Notes: a model not told the origin generated them from the letters alone. Shown: positions 19,839-30,946, counted from the stretch's first letter. The stretch: DNA of 64,000 bases from Gemmatimonadaceae bacterium (GCA_045803545.1 JBJMOW010000005.1:96001-160000), one strand, 5' to 3'. Translations and numbers: made by a program.

Positions 19839-21307
19839 CGCGCTCTCCCGCGAACGAATTCGATGAAGGTACCCGTCGGCACTCCGGTCGGTCCCTTTGG
19901 AATCGTAACGAGGTCGGTCTCGGAATACGCGGTGCCGGCGATATCCATATGCGCCCAGGGGTAACCTTCGGCGAACTCCTTCAAGAAAAGCGCTGCCGTC
20001 GTCGCGCCGGCCGGACGCCCGCCCGAGTTCTTCACATCTGCGACGTCTGACTTGATCAGATCCTTGTATTCGTCCCAGAGCGGCAGCGGCCAGCCGGGCT
20101 CACCCGCCTTTTTTCCGGCTGCGAGAATCTCGCTCACGAGAGGCTCGTCGGTCGAGAAAATACCGCTCGCGGTGTGCCCAAGCGCGATCACGCAGGCACC
20201 GGTCAGCGTTGCGGCATCGATCACGACATCGGGGTTGAACTTCTTCGCGTAGTTCAGGCAGTCGGCGAGAACGAGGCGGCCTTCCGCATCGGTATTGATG
20301 ATCTCGATCGATTTGCCGTTACTCGCCTTTACCACATCGCCCGGGTTCATCGCGGTGCCCGACGGCATGTTGGTTGTCGCACCGATGATGCCGACGACGT
20401 TCACTTCAGGTTTCAGCTGACCGAGTGCTTCCATGGTTCCAAGCACGCCCGCGGCGCCGCACATGTCGAACTTCATGAATTCCATCCCCTGTGCCGGCTT
20501 GATGGAGATGCCGCCGCTGTCGAAGCAAAGTCCCTTCCCGACGAGTACGACTGGCTTCGCGTTCGGCTTGCCGCCGTTGAATTCGATTGCGATCAGCTTC
20601 GGGTCTTGGGGCGTGCCCTGCGCAACGGCCAGGAACGATCCCATTTTCTCCTTCTCGAGCTCCTTCCGGCCTAGAACCGTGACGTCCATCCCATATCGCT
20701 TGCCGATGTCAGTGGCAGTCTCGGCGATATAGTCAGGCGTACACAGGTTGCCCGGCATCATAGCCAGGCGCCGAGCGAGACTTTGACCGTCGCCGATCGC
20801 CTTACCGTTGTTGAGCCCGCGGCGCGTTTCGTCGGTGTTGTTGGTCAGGATGATCGCCTTCTCCAGCGGTTTCTTCCTGTCAGCTTCGGGAACCGGAGAC
20901 TTGAGATCGATGTACTCCCACGAGCCGGCAATCAAACCGATCGTGATTACTTCGACTTCTTCGGGTGAAATCTCGCCCGAATACCAGACCATCTCGCCAA
21001 CGCCGAGCCGGTGCGCGTTGCGCCCAGCGAGCGTTGCGGCGCGTTTGAGTGACGCACGACGTTCGGTGACGGTGCCCATCCCGACGAGCAGAATGCGACG
21101 CGGACCTTTGCTGAATCCGGTGAGGTGAAGGATCTCGTCGCGAGAGCCGCGGAAATCCTTCATGTCGATCATCCGCGTCAGTGCGCCCTGTGTCGCTCCA
21201 TCCAACGCGGCGATTCCGGCGAGCGTCGGGTTTTCCGGCAGGGCGACAACGAGCAGCGAAGTGCCGACCTCGATCGGACTCTGTGAGGCGATGCTGACGG
21301 AAAGCAC
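19835..21307 (-). CDS. pepA: Leucyl aminopeptidase (M17)
   Basis: GKGLCFDSGG, MKFDM, NTDAEGRL, HMDIAG. Confidence 0.95.
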   Translation of the reverse strand: MLSVSIASQSPIEVGTSLLVVALPENPTLAGIAALDGATQGALTRMIDMKDFRGSRDEILHLTGFSKGPRRILLVGMGTVTERRASLKRAATLAGRNAHRLGVGEMVWYSGEISPEEVEVITIGLIAGSWEYIDLKSPVPEADRKKPLEKAIILTNNTDETRRGLNNGKAIGDGQSLARRLAMMPGNLCTPDYIAETATDIGKRYGMDVTVLGRKELEKEKMGSFLAVAQGTPQDPKLIAIEFNGGKPNAKPVVLVGKGLCFDSGGISIKPAQGMEFMKFDMCGAAGVLGTMEALGQLKPEVNVVGIIGATTNMPSGTAMNPGDVVKASNGKSIEIINTDAEGRLVLADCLNYAKKFNPDVVIDAATLTGACVIALGHTASGIFSTDEPLVSEILAAGKKAGEPGWPLPLWDEYKDLIKSDVADVKNSGGRPAGATTAALFLKEFAEGYPWAHMDIAGTAYSETDLVTIPKGPTGVPTGTFIEFVRGRAR

Positions 21308-21309
21308 CC

Positions 21310-22557
21310 CTAGTTCTTCATCCCGGCGATCACCTGATCACCAAAACCTGACGTCGAGACTTCAGTCGCACCGGGCATCTGTCGGGCGAGGTCGTAGGTG
21401 ACCCGCTTCGCCTTGATCGCGTTTTCCATTCCCCTGACGATGAGGGCGGCAGCTTCGTTCCAGCCCATGTACTCGAGCATCATCACACCGGACAGAATGA
21501 CGCTCCCCGGATTGATCTTGTCGAGGTTGGCGTACTTCGGCGCGGTGCCATGCGTCGCTTCGAATACGGCGACGCCGTCTCCGACGTTGCCTCCGGGGGC
21601 AATTCCCAGCCCGCCGACCTGTGCCGCCGCCGCGTCGGACAGGTAATCGCCGTTCAAATTCGGCGTCGCAAGAACAGAGTATTCGGACGGACGAAGCAGT
21701 AGCTGCTGGAACATCGAATCCGCGATGCGATCCCGCATCACGATTGCATCGGCGCGCGCGTTCTGACCGCCCTTCGAGAGCTCGGCTTCTGTGAGCGTGT
21801 CGTCGGGGAATTTCTCACGGGCGACCTCATAGCCCCAGTCACGGAATGCACCTTCCGTGAATTTCATGATGTTGCCTTTGTGCACGAGCGTCACCGATTC
21901 CCGATTGTTTTCAATTGCGTATCGAATCGCCATTTCGACCAGGCGCTTCGAGCCGAACTCCGACATCGGCTTGACACCCAATGCCGATTTCTCGCGGATC
22001 TCGCTCTTGAATTCCTTGCGCAGATAGCTCGCGATCTTTTCGGCTTCCGGCGATCCCGCCTTCCACTCGATTCCCGCGTATACGTCTTCAGTGTTCTCAC
22101 GGAAGATCACGACATTGACTTTCTCGGGCTCCTTGACCGGCGCACCGACTCCCTCGAAGTAGCGAACCGGACGGATGCACGCGTAGAGGTCGAGGACCTG
22201 GCGCAGCGTCACGTTGAGCGACCGAATACCACCACCGACCGGAGTAGTCAGCGGTCCTTTGATCGAAACGCGGTATTCCTCCATCGCGTCCACGGTTTCC
22301 TGCGGCAACCAGTCGTTGAACTGCTTGAACGACTTCTCGCCTGCGAAAACCTCCATCCAGGCGATCTTGCGAGTGCCCTGGTATGCCTTCTCGACCGCCG
22401 CGTCGAATACACGAACAGACGCGCGCCAGATGTCGGGTCCGGTTCCGTCGCCCTCGACGAAAGGGATGATCGGGTTGTCGGGCACCGCGACTTTGCCGTT
22501 CTTGTAAACGATTCCTTCACCACGCGAAGGAACCTTGGCGAACTTATACTTCGTCAT
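21310..22557 (-). CDS. icd: NADP-dependent isocitrate dehydrogenase
   Basis: [44 protein letters not shown]; start moved to ATG 22557. Confidence 0.96.
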   Translation of the reverse strand: MTKYKFAKVPSRGEGIVYKNGKVAVPDNPIIPFVEGDGTGPDIWRASVRVFDAAVEKAYQGTRKIAWMEVFAGEKSFKQFNDWLPQETVDAMEEYRVSIKGPLTTPVGGGIRSLNVTLRQVLDLYACIRPVRYFEGVGAPVKEPEKVNVVIFRENTEDVYAGIEWKAGSPEAEKIASYLRKEFKSEIREKSALGVKPMSEFGSKRLVEMAIRYAIENNRESVTLVHKGNIMKFTEGAFRDWGYEVAREKFPDDTLTEAELSKGGQNARADAIVMRDRIADSMFQQLLLRPSEYSVLATPNLNGDYLSDAAAAQVGGLGIAPGGNVGDGVAVFEATHGTAPKYANLDKINPGSVILSGVMMLEYMGWNEAAALIVRGMENAIKAKRVTYDLARQMPGATEVSTSGFGDQVIAGMKN

Positions 22558-22664
22558 CGAAATCGAGTCAGTTAGTTGCGAATCGCCAAATGTAGTGCAA
22601 CCGGGCGTCGCACAAAACTGTCTTATACGCCAGCACAACAGGCTTGCGCTACGTATTGGGAATA

Positions 22665-24158
22665 ATGCCGGACAGGAAAAAACTTCTCACAACTCTATTG
22701 ATTGTCGCGTTGGTCGCAGTCGGATGTCGCCCGCCTCGAGTGAATGGTGCGGCCGGCGCGTCTGCAGCTCCCAACACCCCGTGGCAACCGCCTGCGAATG
22801 CGATAAAACCGGAGCCGACGATCACACCCGCGCAGGTGGCCGCGATTCCACCCGATCTCGCTCAACGCGTCCAGCGGCTCACGGTCACCGATGTCGTTGA
22901 TATTGCGTTGATGAATAATCCGGCGACACGGGCTTCGTGGTCCCAGGCACGAGCCGCCGCGTTCACGTTTGGATCCGAGCGGGGACAGTACTTCCCGACC
23001 ATCAATGCGGCGGGTCAGATCTCGCGCGCGCAAACTCCCGCGACGACCACGCGGTCGGCGGGCAAGCAAACCTCCTATGGCCCATCGATTTCGCTCAACT
23101 ACCTGCTGCTCGATTTCGGTGGCCGGTCAGGTTCGATAGAGCGCGCAAGGCAGGAGCTGTTCGCCGCCAATCTTTCGCACAATGCGACAATCCAGAATGT
23201 CGTGTTGCAGGCGGAGGTTGCGTATTTCACCTACATGGCGACTGCGTCGCTCCTGGCGGCCGAGCGTTCAGCGATCGCTGAGGCCCAGGCCAATCTCAAC
23301 GCGGCACAGGGCCGCAATCGCGTCGGGCTGGCTACGATTGCCGATGTTCTGCAGGCGCGCACCGCGTTGTCGCAGGAGCAGCTCAATCTCGAAACGACGC
23401 AGGGTAATTTGCAGGCGGCTCGGGGCGCCCTCGCCGCGGCGCTTGGTCTTCCCGCGAACCTCCCCTTCGATCTGCAGCCGTTGACTGGGCCACTGGCCGT
23501 CAGGGGACTCGCCCTCAGCGTCGACAGTGTGATCAATGAAGCGCTGCGCAATCGTCCGGATCTGCAGGCGGCGCGCGCGCAAGCCGAGGCGGCCGCGCAG
23601 TCAGTGCGCGTCGCGAGGTCGGCCGAGTTCCCTTCACTATCCCTCAACAGCAACGCCGCACGCACGTTTTCCAATCCGCGCGTTTTCGCGGGTCCGTCGT
23701 ACAACGTTCAGCTCGGACTCTCGATCCCGATCTTCAATGGCTTCTCGCATCAGTACGACGTTGCCGCCGCCCGGGCGCAGGCCGACGCAGTCTCGGCGTT
23801 CGCGGATCAGACCCGCCAACAGGTAGTGACCGAAGTATTCATCTCGTACTACTCATTGCAGACCGCCCAGCAGCGTGTTCTTACCGCCGACGATCTGCTC
23901 GCCAGCGCAGAACAGTCGGCTCAAGTAGCCGCGGGTCGGTATCGGGAAGGAGTTGGCAGTATTATCGACCTTCTCACCGCACAGACAGCACTTGCCAATG
24001 CCCGCGCTCAACAAGTCCAATCGCGCTGGCAGTGGTACACGTCCCTCGCGCAACTCGCCCGCGACGCCGGGGTACTCAGTGTACGCGGTGACACGCCTTT
24101 CGTTTTTTCCACTGACTCAACAGTGCCGCGTCCACTTCCCAATCCGGAAACACCATGA
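22665..24158 (+). CDS. TolC-family outer-membrane efflux lipoprotein
   Basis: Lipobox-like VAVGC, two OEP-like repeats (ALMNNP / ALRNRPDL), first gene of the RND operon. Confidence 0.9.
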   Translation: MPDRKKLLTTLLIVALVAVGCRPPRVNGAAGASAAPNTPWQPPANAIKPEPTITPAQVAAIPPDLAQRVQRLTVTDVVDIALMNNPATRASWSQARAAAFTFGSERGQYFPTINAAGQISRAQTPATTTRSAGKQTSYGPSISLNYLLLDFGGRSGSIERARQELFAANLSHNATIQNVVLQAEVAYFTYMATASLLAAERSAIAEAQANLNAAQGRNRVGLATIADVLQARTALSQEQLNLETTQGNLQAARGALAAALGLPANLPFDLQPLTGPLAVRGLALSVDSVINEALRNRPDLQAARAQAEAAAQSVRVARSAEFPSLSLNSNAARTFSNPRVFAGPSYNVQLGLSIPIFNGFSHQYDVAAARAQADAVSAFADQTRQQVVTEVFISYYSLQTAQQRVLTADDLLASAEQSAQVAAGRYREGVGSIIDLLTAQTALANARAQQVQSRWQWYTSLAQLARDAGVLSVRGDTPFVFSTDSTVPRPLPNPETP

Positions 24159-25285
24159 GCACGCGTATCAATCACGCGTGCATAGCAGCGATTGTCCTTG
24201 TTGGAATCGTTGCGTGCTCGAAGCAGGACCCGCCGCGTCAGCCTACAGTGCCCGTCAGCATCACTACCGTGAAGCGCGCGAGCGTCCCGTACATCGTGAC
24301 GGCAAACGGCGTCGCCGAAGCGATGCAGACCGTCGCTATCGAAGCCCAGGTGAACGGGATCCTGCAACGCGTGTCGTTCGCCGAGGGTCAGGAAGTAGCT
24401 AATGGTCAGGTGCTGTTTCAGATCGATCCCAGACCTTACCAGGCAGTTCTGAACCAGGCACGCGCGCAGCTGACGCGTGACGAGGCAATCGCCGCCAATA
24501 CCCGTCGCGATGCAACGCGCTATGCCGCTCTCGTCAAGGAAGGCTACGTCACCGGCTCGCAGGCGGACCAGGCTGAATCGAACGCGGTATCGGCGGCGGC
24601 GACGGTAGAGGCCGATCGTGCCAACGTCCAGAAGGCTGCGCTCGACGTCGCCAACACCACGATTCGCTCGCCGATCGCCGGCAAGACCGGCAGCCTCCTC
24701 GTTCGTCAGGGAAACCTCGTCAAGGCGAACAGTGAGCCACCGCTGGTCGTAATCAATCAGATAAGGCCGATTCTGGTGAGGTTTTCAGTGCCGCAGAGTC
24801 AGTTCACTGATATTCAGAGATACTATCGGAGCGGAAACGCGCTGCTGGTCCGCGCGAAGCCATCCGAGGGCACTGCGATCGCCGTTGATGGCACGCTGGC
24901 GTTCGTCGACAACAACGTCGACACCACTACCGGCACCGTGATGCTGAAGGCTCGCTTCAATAACGCCGAAGGTCAGATCTGGCCCGGTCAGTACATGAAC
25001 ATCGCGTTGCAGCTCTATGTAGATCCGAACGCGCTTACACTGCCGGCTCCGGCTGTGCTGACAGGCCAGCAGGGCACTTACGTTTACACGATAGACACCG
25101 CAGGTAAAGCACTACAGACTCCAGTGCAGGTATCACGCACCGTCGATTCAGTCGCAGTAATCGCGACAGGGTTACGTGAGGGCGAGCGGGTAATCGTCGA
25201 TGGCCAGTCTCGCCTGCTGCCGGGATCGAAAGTAGCAATCAAAGGAGCGCCCGGCGCACCCGGCGCCTCAGGAGCACAGCGATGA
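24155..25285 (+). CDS. RND periplasmic adaptor subunit (MdtA-like)
   Basis: IVAC lipobox, LFQIDPRPY, IRSPIAG, VDTTTGT. Confidence 0.92.
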   Translation: MSTRINHACIAAIVLVGIVACSKQDPPRQPTVPVSITTVKRASVPYIVTANGVAEAMQTVAIEAQVNGILQRVSFAEGQEVANGQVLFQIDPRPYQAVLNQARAQLTRDEAIAANTRRDATRYAALVKEGYVTGSQADQAESNAVSAAATVEADRANVQKAALDVANTTIRSPIAGKTGSLLVRQGNLVKANSEPPLVVINQIRPILVRFSVPQSQFTDIQRYYRSGNALLVRAKPSEGTAIAVDGTLAFVDNNVDTTTGTVMLKARFNNAEGQIWPGQYMNIALQLYVDPNALTLPAPAVLTGQQGTYVYTIDTAGKALQTPVQVSRTVDSVAVIATGLREGERVIVDGQSRLLPGSKVAIKGAPGAPGASGAQR

Positions 25286-28200
25286 CCGCACTCTTTATTC
25301 GCCGACCCGTCATGACCGCGCTGGTCATGATCGGCATTCTTTTCTTCGGGACGGTTGCCTATCGGCGCTTGCCGGTCAGTGATCTGCCAACCGTTGATTT
25401 CCCGACGATCTCCGTCGGCGCGAATCTTCCCGGCGCCAGCCCCGAGACGATGGCCGCCGCCGTTGCGACGCCTCTCGAAAAACAGTTCTCCACCATCGCC
25501 GGCATCGACAACATGACTTCGTCGAGCCAGCTCGGCTCGACGAACGTCACCATCCAGTTCTCGCTGGATCGCGACATCGACGCGGCTGCCGCCGACGTTC
25601 AGGCAGCAATCTCACAGACCCTGCGCAGCTTGCCACTCGGCATCCTGCCGCCGTCGTATAGGAAGGTGAATCCTGCGGATTCACCAATTCTGTATTTCGC
25701 ACTGACGTCGAAGACGATGCCGCTGTCAGATCTCGACGAGTACGGCGAGACCTACCTCGCGCAGCGCATTTCGATGGTCCCCGGTATCGCCCAGGTGCAG
25801 GTCTACGGCGCGCAGAAGTACGCCGTACGAGTGCAGCTCGACCCGACATCGCTTGCCAACCGCGGTATCGGCATCGACGAGGTTGCCACCGCGATTGGCG
25901 CTCAAAACGTCAGCCTTCCCACCGGCACGCTGTGGGGACCCAGCAAGGCGTCGACCATCAAGGCGAATGGTCAGCTCCAGAACGCCACCGAGTTCCGCCA
26001 AATGGTGGTTGCATATCGCAATGGCGCGCCGGTCCACCTCAGTGAGCTCGGCCAGGTTCTCGACGACGTCGAGAACAACAAAACCGCGAGCTGGTTCAAT
26101 GGCGATCGCGCCATCGTCCTCGCCGTGCAACGGCAGCCGGGTACGAACACCGTCGCCGTCGCGCAGGGCGTAAAGGATCTGGTCAAACGCCTCGAGCCGC
26201 AGATCCCCCCGACAGTCCAGATCCAGACCCTTTACGATCGCTCGGTCGCGATCGAAGAGTCGGTTGGCGACGTGAAGTTCACGCTGATGCTCACCCTGTT
26301 CCTGGTGATCATGGTGATCTTCGTGTTCCTGCGAAATATCTCGGCGACGATCATCCCCAGCCTCGCACTGCCGATGTCGCTCATCGGCACCTTCGCAGTG
26401 ATGTACCTATTCGGCTACTCGCTCGACAACCTTTCCTTGATGGCGCTGACTCTCGCTGTCGGTTTCGTCGTCGATGATGCCATCGTGATGCTGGAGAACA
26501 TCGTCCGGCACATGGAGATGGGGAAGGATCCGATGAAGGCCGCGTACGAGGGATCTGCTGAGGTCGCGTTTACCATTCTCGCGATGACGATGTCGCTGAC
26601 CGCGGTTTTCATTCCGCTCCTCTTCATGGGCGGAATTCTGGGCCGTCTCTTCCACGAGTTCTCCGTAACTATTGGTACTGCGATCCTGGTATCGGGTTTC
26701 GTGTCGCTGACGCTGACGCCGATGCTGGCGAGTCGTTTCCTGAAGCCGCCGTCACACCAGCACGGCAAACTGTTCAACGCATCAGAGCGCGTTTACGAGC
26801 GCATCCTCGGGAAGTACGAATCCAGCCTCAACTGGGTGATGGACCATCGGTTCGGGTCGCTGATGTTCTCACTCGCAGTGCTCGTTGGCACCGTGGTGCT
26901 CTTCAAGACTGTGCCGACTGGATTCATTCCGACCCAGGATAATGGTCAGATCATCGCCACCACCGAGGCTGCTCAAGGCACCTCGTTCCAGGAGATGATG
27001 AAGAAGCAGCAGATCGCGGCGAACATTGTCGCGCAGAATCCCAACATATCCGGCTTCATGTCATCGGTCGGCGGCGGATTCGGTGCTAGCAACAATCAGG
27101 GTCGGCTGTTCCTTGGTCTCAAACCGAGGAAGGACCGTCCGAGCGCGGACGAAATTGTGAACGATCTTCGTCCCAAGCTGTCGGGAATTCCTGGACTCAA
27201 CGTCTATATGCAGGTCCCGCCCGCAATTCAGATCGGCGGGCGCTCGGCGAAAAGTCAATACCAGTACACGCTTCAAAGTCCTGACATCGAGGCGCTCGAC
27301 ACCGCGGCGAAGCGGCTCGAGGCGCGGATGAGGGGCATCCCCCAAATCCAGGACGTGACCAGCGATCTGCAAATCGCCAATCCACAGGTCGTTGTCGCGA
27401 TCGACCGCGATCGTGCTTCGTCGCTCGGCGTTAACGCGCAGCAGATCGAAAGCGCATTGTACAACGCATATGGCTCGCGTCAGGTATCGACGATCTATAC
27501 GCCCAACAATCAGTACATGGTGGTGATGGAGCTGCTGCCGCAATTCCAGCAGGACATCAACGCGCTGCGGATGCTTTACGTTCGGTCCGACAAGGGCGAC
27601 CTGGTTCCGTTGAGCGCGGTTGCCACTCTAACACAGAACGTCGGCCCGCTTGCGATCACGCACTCGGGTCAGCTGCCGTCGGTGACCATCTCGTTCAACA
27701 CCAAGCCAGATGTGGCGCTTGGCCAGGCAACCGCGGCCGTCGAAGCCGCCGCGTCGCAGGTCGTTCCGGGCGACATCACTACGCAGTTCTCAGGAACGGC
27801 GCAGGCCTTCCAGGCGAGTCAGCAGGGCTTGCTCGCGCTGCTGATTCTGGCGGTGTTCGTCATCTACATGGTGCTCGGCATTCTCTACGAGAGCTTCATT
27901 CACCCGGCGACGATTCTCACCGGTCTTCCCTTCGCCGCTTTCGGTGCGCTGATCGCCCTGTGGATCTTCCGTATGCCGCTCGACGTCTACGGCTTCGTAG
28001 GATTGATATTGCTGGTCGGTATCGTGAAGAAGAACGCGATCATGATGATCGACTTCGCACTCGAGGCTGAGCGAACCGAGCACATGCCGCCGTCGAAGGC
28101 GATTGTACACGCCGCCAGCGTCCGCTTCCGCCCGATCATGATGACGACGATGGCAGCGCTGATGGCGACGTTGCCCATTGCACTAGGTCGCGGCGCCGGC

Positions 28201-28413
28201 GCCGAAGCAAGACGTCCTTTGGGCGTGGCGGTGGTCGGAGGCCTCGCGTTCTCACAGCTGGTGACGCTGTACGCGACACCGGTGTTCTATACGTACTTCG
28301 ACGAGTTGCCCGAGAGAATGCGGTACTGGACTCGTCGTTTGTACGCGAAGGCGAGAGGACAGCCAACGCCGACGATTGGGCCGAGGGAACAACCAACATC
28401 TCGAGTCGCGTAA
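25282..28413 (+). CDS. RND efflux permease (MdtB/MdtC-like)
   Basis: FIRRPV, GFVVDDAIVMLENI, GIVKKNAIMMIDF, RFRPIMMTT. Confidence 0.94.
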   Translation: MTALFIRRPVMTALVMIGILFFGTVAYRRLPVSDLPTVDFPTISVGANLPGASPETMAAAVATPLEKQFSTIAGIDNMTSSSQLGSTNVTIQFSLDRDIDAAAADVQAAISQTLRSLPLGILPPSYRKVNPADSPILYFALTSKTMPLSDLDEYGETYLAQRISMVPGIAQVQVYGAQKYAVRVQLDPTSLANRGIGIDEVATAIGAQNVSLPTGTLWGPSKASTIKANGQLQNATEFRQMVVAYRNGAPVHLSELGQVLDDVENNKTASWFNGDRAIVLAVQRQPGTNTVAVAQGVKDLVKRLEPQIPPTVQIQTLYDRSVAIEESVGDVKFTLMLTLFLVIMVIFVFLRNISATIIPSLALPMSLIGTFAVMYLFGYSLDNLSLMALTLAVGFVVDDAIVMLENIVRHMEMGKDPMKAAYEGSAEVAFTILAMTMSLTAVFIPLLFMGGILGRLFHEFSVTIGTAILVSGFVSLTLTPMLASRFLKPPSHQHGKLFNASERVYERILGKYESSLNWVMDHRFGSLMFSLAVLVGTVVLFKTVPTGFIPTQDNGQIIATTEAAQGTSFQEMMKKQQIAANIVAQNPNISGFMSSVGGGFGASNNQGRLFLGLKPRKDRPSADEIVNDLRPKLSGIPGLNVYMQVPPAIQIGGRSAKSQYQYTLQSPDIEALDTAAKRLEARMRGIPQIQDVTSDLQIANPQVVVAIDRDRASSLGVNAQQIESALYNAYGSRQVSTIYTPNNQYMVVMELLPQFQQDINALRMLYVRSDKGDLVPLSAVATLTQNVGPLAITHSGQLPSVTISFNTKPDVALGQATAAVEAAASQVVPGDITTQFSGTAQAFQASQQGLLALLILAVFVIYMVLGILYESFIHPATILTGLPFAAFGALIALWIFRMPLDVYGFVGLILLVGIVKKNAIMMIDFALEAERTEHMPPSKAIVHAASVRFRPIMMTTMAALMATLPIALGRGAGAEARRPLGVAVVGGLAFSQLVTLYATPVFYTYFDELPERMRYWTRRLYAKARGQPTPTIGPREQPTSRVA

Positions 28414-28436
28414 AACTGCGGAAAAAGAGCCAACAA

Positions 28437-28519
28437 TACCCGGGACGAGACTCGAACTCGTAAGGCCAAAGGCCGGGGGATTTTGAGTCCCCTGCGTCTA
28501 CCGATTCCGCCACCCGGGC
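28437..28519 (-). tRNA. tRNA-Leu(CAA), CCA not encoded
   Basis: Acceptor stem GCCCGGG/CCCGGGT, anticodon arm GGGGA-CTCAAAA-TCCCC, long variable arm, GTTCGAGTC T-loop. Confidence 0.95.
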
Positions 28520-28534
28520 TCGGGGAAAAACAAT

Positions 28535-29137
28535 CTAGCGCTTGCGCCTCCGCCGTAGAATGACCCAGACGGCGACTCCCAGCGCTACTACAATCAGAAT
28601 TCCCAAGCTGACCCTCGAGATGTAGTGCTCCAATAGCGGCAAATCCCTGCCGAAATAGTAGCCTAGCCACCCGAATACGATCGCCCAAAGGATGCTGCCG
28701 AGCGTGTTGTAAGCGACGAATCGCTTGAACGACATGCGGGCGGCTCCAGCGATCACCGCCGCCCATGTCCTTAACACCGCCACGAACCGGCCGAACAGAA
28801 TGGCCTTCGCGCCGTTCCGCTCGAAAAAACCGTGCGCCTTCTCGATGTGCTTTTTGCGGACGCCGATGTAGCCGCCGTAGCGCGTGAGAAGCGGCAGGCC
28901 GCCTTTGATGCCGATCAAGTATCCGAGCACTCCGCCGATCGTCGCGCCGAGCGCGGCCATCAGAATCACACCTGAGACGGAGACGTTGTGCGCGATCCCT
29001 GCATACGCTGCGGCCGTTACCAGCGCGATCTCGCCCGGCAGCGGAATGCCGAGGCTCTCGAGCATCACCAGCGACAGCACACCCGGATAGGTATAGGTGT
29101 GCAGCAGGTGCGTGAAGTGACGAGTGAAATCCGGCAT
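28535..29137 (-). CDS. DedA family membrane protein
   Basis: LESLGIPLPGE, GRFVAVLR, hydrophobic helices. Confidence 0.92.
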   Translation of the reverse strand: MPDFTRHFTHLLHTYTYPGVLSLVMLESLGIPLPGEIALVTAAAYAGIAHNVSVSGVILMAALGATIGGVLGYLIGIKGGLPLLTRYGGYIGVRKKHIEKAHGFFERNGAKAILFGRFVAVLRTWAAVIAGAARMSFKRFVAYNTLGSILWAIVFGWLGYYFGRDLPLLEHYISRVSLGILIVVALGVAVWVILRRRRKR

Positions 29138-29152
29138 CGTTGACGTGAACGC

Positions 29153-29188
29153 AATAAAAACGCCCTCGACCGTCGAGTCGAGGGCGTT
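29153..29188 (-). terminator. Intrinsic terminator after the ECF sigma operon
   Basis: AACGCCCTCGAC/GTCGAGGGCGTT stem followed by a U-rich tract on the minus strand. Confidence 0.8.
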
Positions 29189-29208
29189 GTGTGCTCACCG
29201 CGAGCGCT

Positions 29209-29739
29209 TTAAGGAACCTTCTTCAGACCCTGACTGCGCTTGAATGCTGGATCCTGGTTCCTGATTGCGTTCTGCTTCACCATCTCCTGCGCGCGGCGAC
29301 GAAACTCCGTTTGCAGTGCGAAGTACTGCGCGCGCTGCACCGGCGTCATGAAGCGGGCGAGGTCGCGTTGCTCCGACTCGACTAACGTGACGCGCTGTTT
29401 CTGAAGGCCGATGGTTTGATCGATCAGCGTGCTCACATGCTGCTGATTGGGTGTCGCCGACGTTAGCTCCATCCGCAATTGCTTACGGGTTTCGCGCTCG
29501 TTGGCGAGCAGTTGGGTGAGCTGCGGCGCGAAACGCGAGTTCGACTGCTCGAGTTGAGACATCTGCGAATCGGTGAGACCCAGCCTTTGCTGCGTGACAG
29601 CCGCCATTCGCTGGCGCAGCTGCCGCTCCAGTGCCGGCCGTTGTGCATTGGCGCGCACGGGCTGCGCGGCAACAGCGACGGCGCTGACGAACAACAATGC
29701 GAACAGGAATCCAATCGACCGTTTCACGCGATTAATCAT
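29209..29739 (-). CDS. Spy/CpxP-like periplasmic helical protein
   Basis: Signal peptide, LGLTDSQ and MTPVQRAQY (LTxxQ-type) motifs, Gln/Arg-rich. Confidence 0.75.
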   Translation of the reverse strand: MINRVKRSIGFLFALLFVSAVAVAAQPVRANAQRPALERQLRQRMAAVTQQRLGLTDSQMSQLEQSNSRFAPQLTQLLANERETRKQLRMELTSATPNQQHVSTLIDQTIGLQKQRVTLVESEQRDLARFMTPVQRAQYFALQTEFRRRAQEMVKQNAIRNQDPAFKRSQGLKKVP

Positions 29740-29741
29740 GT

Positions 29742-30320
29742 TCAGCGACCTTCAGTCATGTCTACAGCGAACACAGGTTCGGGCTCGGAATTCGGCAGCG
29801 CATCGAAAGTCTCGATCTCGTCCATCAGCTGTTGAAGATTGCCGTCGGAGAGTTCCTGAGTATCTCCGACCAACGCCAACGCGGGCGTATGTGCGGCTGG
29901 CTCTGTCGTCGCGGAAGCTGGAGGCGCCACGTCATAAGAAGTGATCTCGCCCGGGCGACCAGTAACACCTGCGATGGGAGACTGCTCAGACTGACGAGTC
30001 TTCAGCAGAGTGCCGCCGCCGACGAGCAACACCGCAATCGTCGCCGCCACCAGCCACTCGAGCATACGAGTGCGCGTGGGTGCCTGCTTTGCCGGCACCG
30101 GCATTCTGTACGGTGGGATCTGACGAACGATGCTCTGGGCATCGATCGAAGGCGCAAACACCGCGGCGCTCTTCACCGTGCGGATGATATCCAGATCTTC
30201 GCGGCAGCTCTCGCAACCGGCGAGATGCGTTTCAACCGACTGACGAACGGCAGCTGCCAGCTTGTCGTGCTCCAGCTCTGGAAGCAGATCCTGAATCTCG
30301 CTATTCGTGCACTTATTCAT
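29742..30320 (-). CDS. Zinc-binding (zf-HC2) membrane anti-sigma factor
   Basis: HLAGCESC (HxxxCxxC) plus one TM helix; overlaps the ECF sigma gene. Confidence 0.85.
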   Translation of the reverse strand: MNKCTNSEIQDLLPELEHDKLAAAVRQSVETHLAGCESCREDLDIIRTVKSAAVFAPSIDAQSIVRQIPPYRMPVPAKQAPTRTRMLEWLVAATIAVLLVGGGTLLKTRQSEQSPIAGVTGRPGEITSYDVAPPASATTEPAAHTPALALVGDTQELSDGNLQQLMDEIETFDALPNSEPEPVFAVDMTEGR

Positions 30321-30870
30321 TTTTCAACAACTCCTTTACCTTCTGGATCGCATTGTGGTAATGAACCCGGGCTGCGCCTTCGGTGCTGCCAACCACTTCT
30401 GCGATCTCCTTATATGACAAACCCTGCTGCACCCGCAGGGTGAAAACTTCGCGCTGGGTCGGAGAGAGCGCCGCCAAAGATCGCCGCACCCGCTCCTGCG
30501 TCTCCTCGGCGATCAGTGAGTCCAACGCGCCATACTCGCTCACATTGTCGGATTCTTCGACGGGGACCGTTTCCCTGCTCCTCCTTTCTGCCCTTCGCCG
30601 ATCGAGCATTAGTCTGCGCTCGATCGTGAAAAGCCAGGTTCTCAACGTGCTCTCGCCCCGAAACGAGTCGAGCGAAGCGAAAGCCCGAACGAACGTATCC
30701 TGCACCAGCTCCTCGATCCCCTCGCGCTCACCCGAGCTGGCGGCAAATCGCGCCAGCGCCTGTGAATGCCGCCCTACGAGACGCGTCGCTGCGCGGGATT
30801 CCCCACGCTTCCAGCGTTCGATCAGCTCCATATCGGTCTCCTCAGGGCGTTCTTCGGGGCCTGGAATCAT
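30313..30870 (-). CDS. ECF RNA polymerase sigma factor
   Basis: ELVQDTFVRAF, TWLFTI, LSPTQREVF, GLSYKEIAEV. Confidence 0.93.
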   Translation of the reverse strand: MIPGPEERPEETDMELIERWKRGESRAATRLVGRHSQALARFAASSGEREGIEELVQDTFVRAFASLDSFRGESTLRTWLFTIERRLMLDRRRAERRSRETVPVEESDNVSEYGALDSLIAEETQERVRRSLAALSPTQREVFTLRVQQGLSYKEIAEVVGSTEGAARVHYHNAIQKVKELLKNE

Positions 30871-30884
30871 GGAGCCTCATCAGG

Positions 30885-30912
30885 TAGACGCCCGAGGGAT
30901 GACGTTGTTAAG
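30885..30912 (-). promoter_or_regulatory. Candidate ECF autoregulatory promoter
   Basis: CTTAAC-N16-CGTCTA, the AAC/CGT architecture of ECF promoters, just upstream of the sigma gene. Confidence 0.6.
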
Positions 30913-30917
30913 ACAGA

Positions 30918-30946
30918 TTGACCCGGCAGTATCACATTCATAGCTT
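30918..30946 (+). promoter_or_regulatory. Candidate sigma70 promoter for the GDPD gene
   Basis: TTGACC-N17-TAGCTT. Confidence 0.55.

Noticed and set aside
22665..28519. RND operon as an island integrated at tRNA-Leu
   Set aside because: No integrase, no duplicated tRNA 3' end seen, no obvious compositional shift
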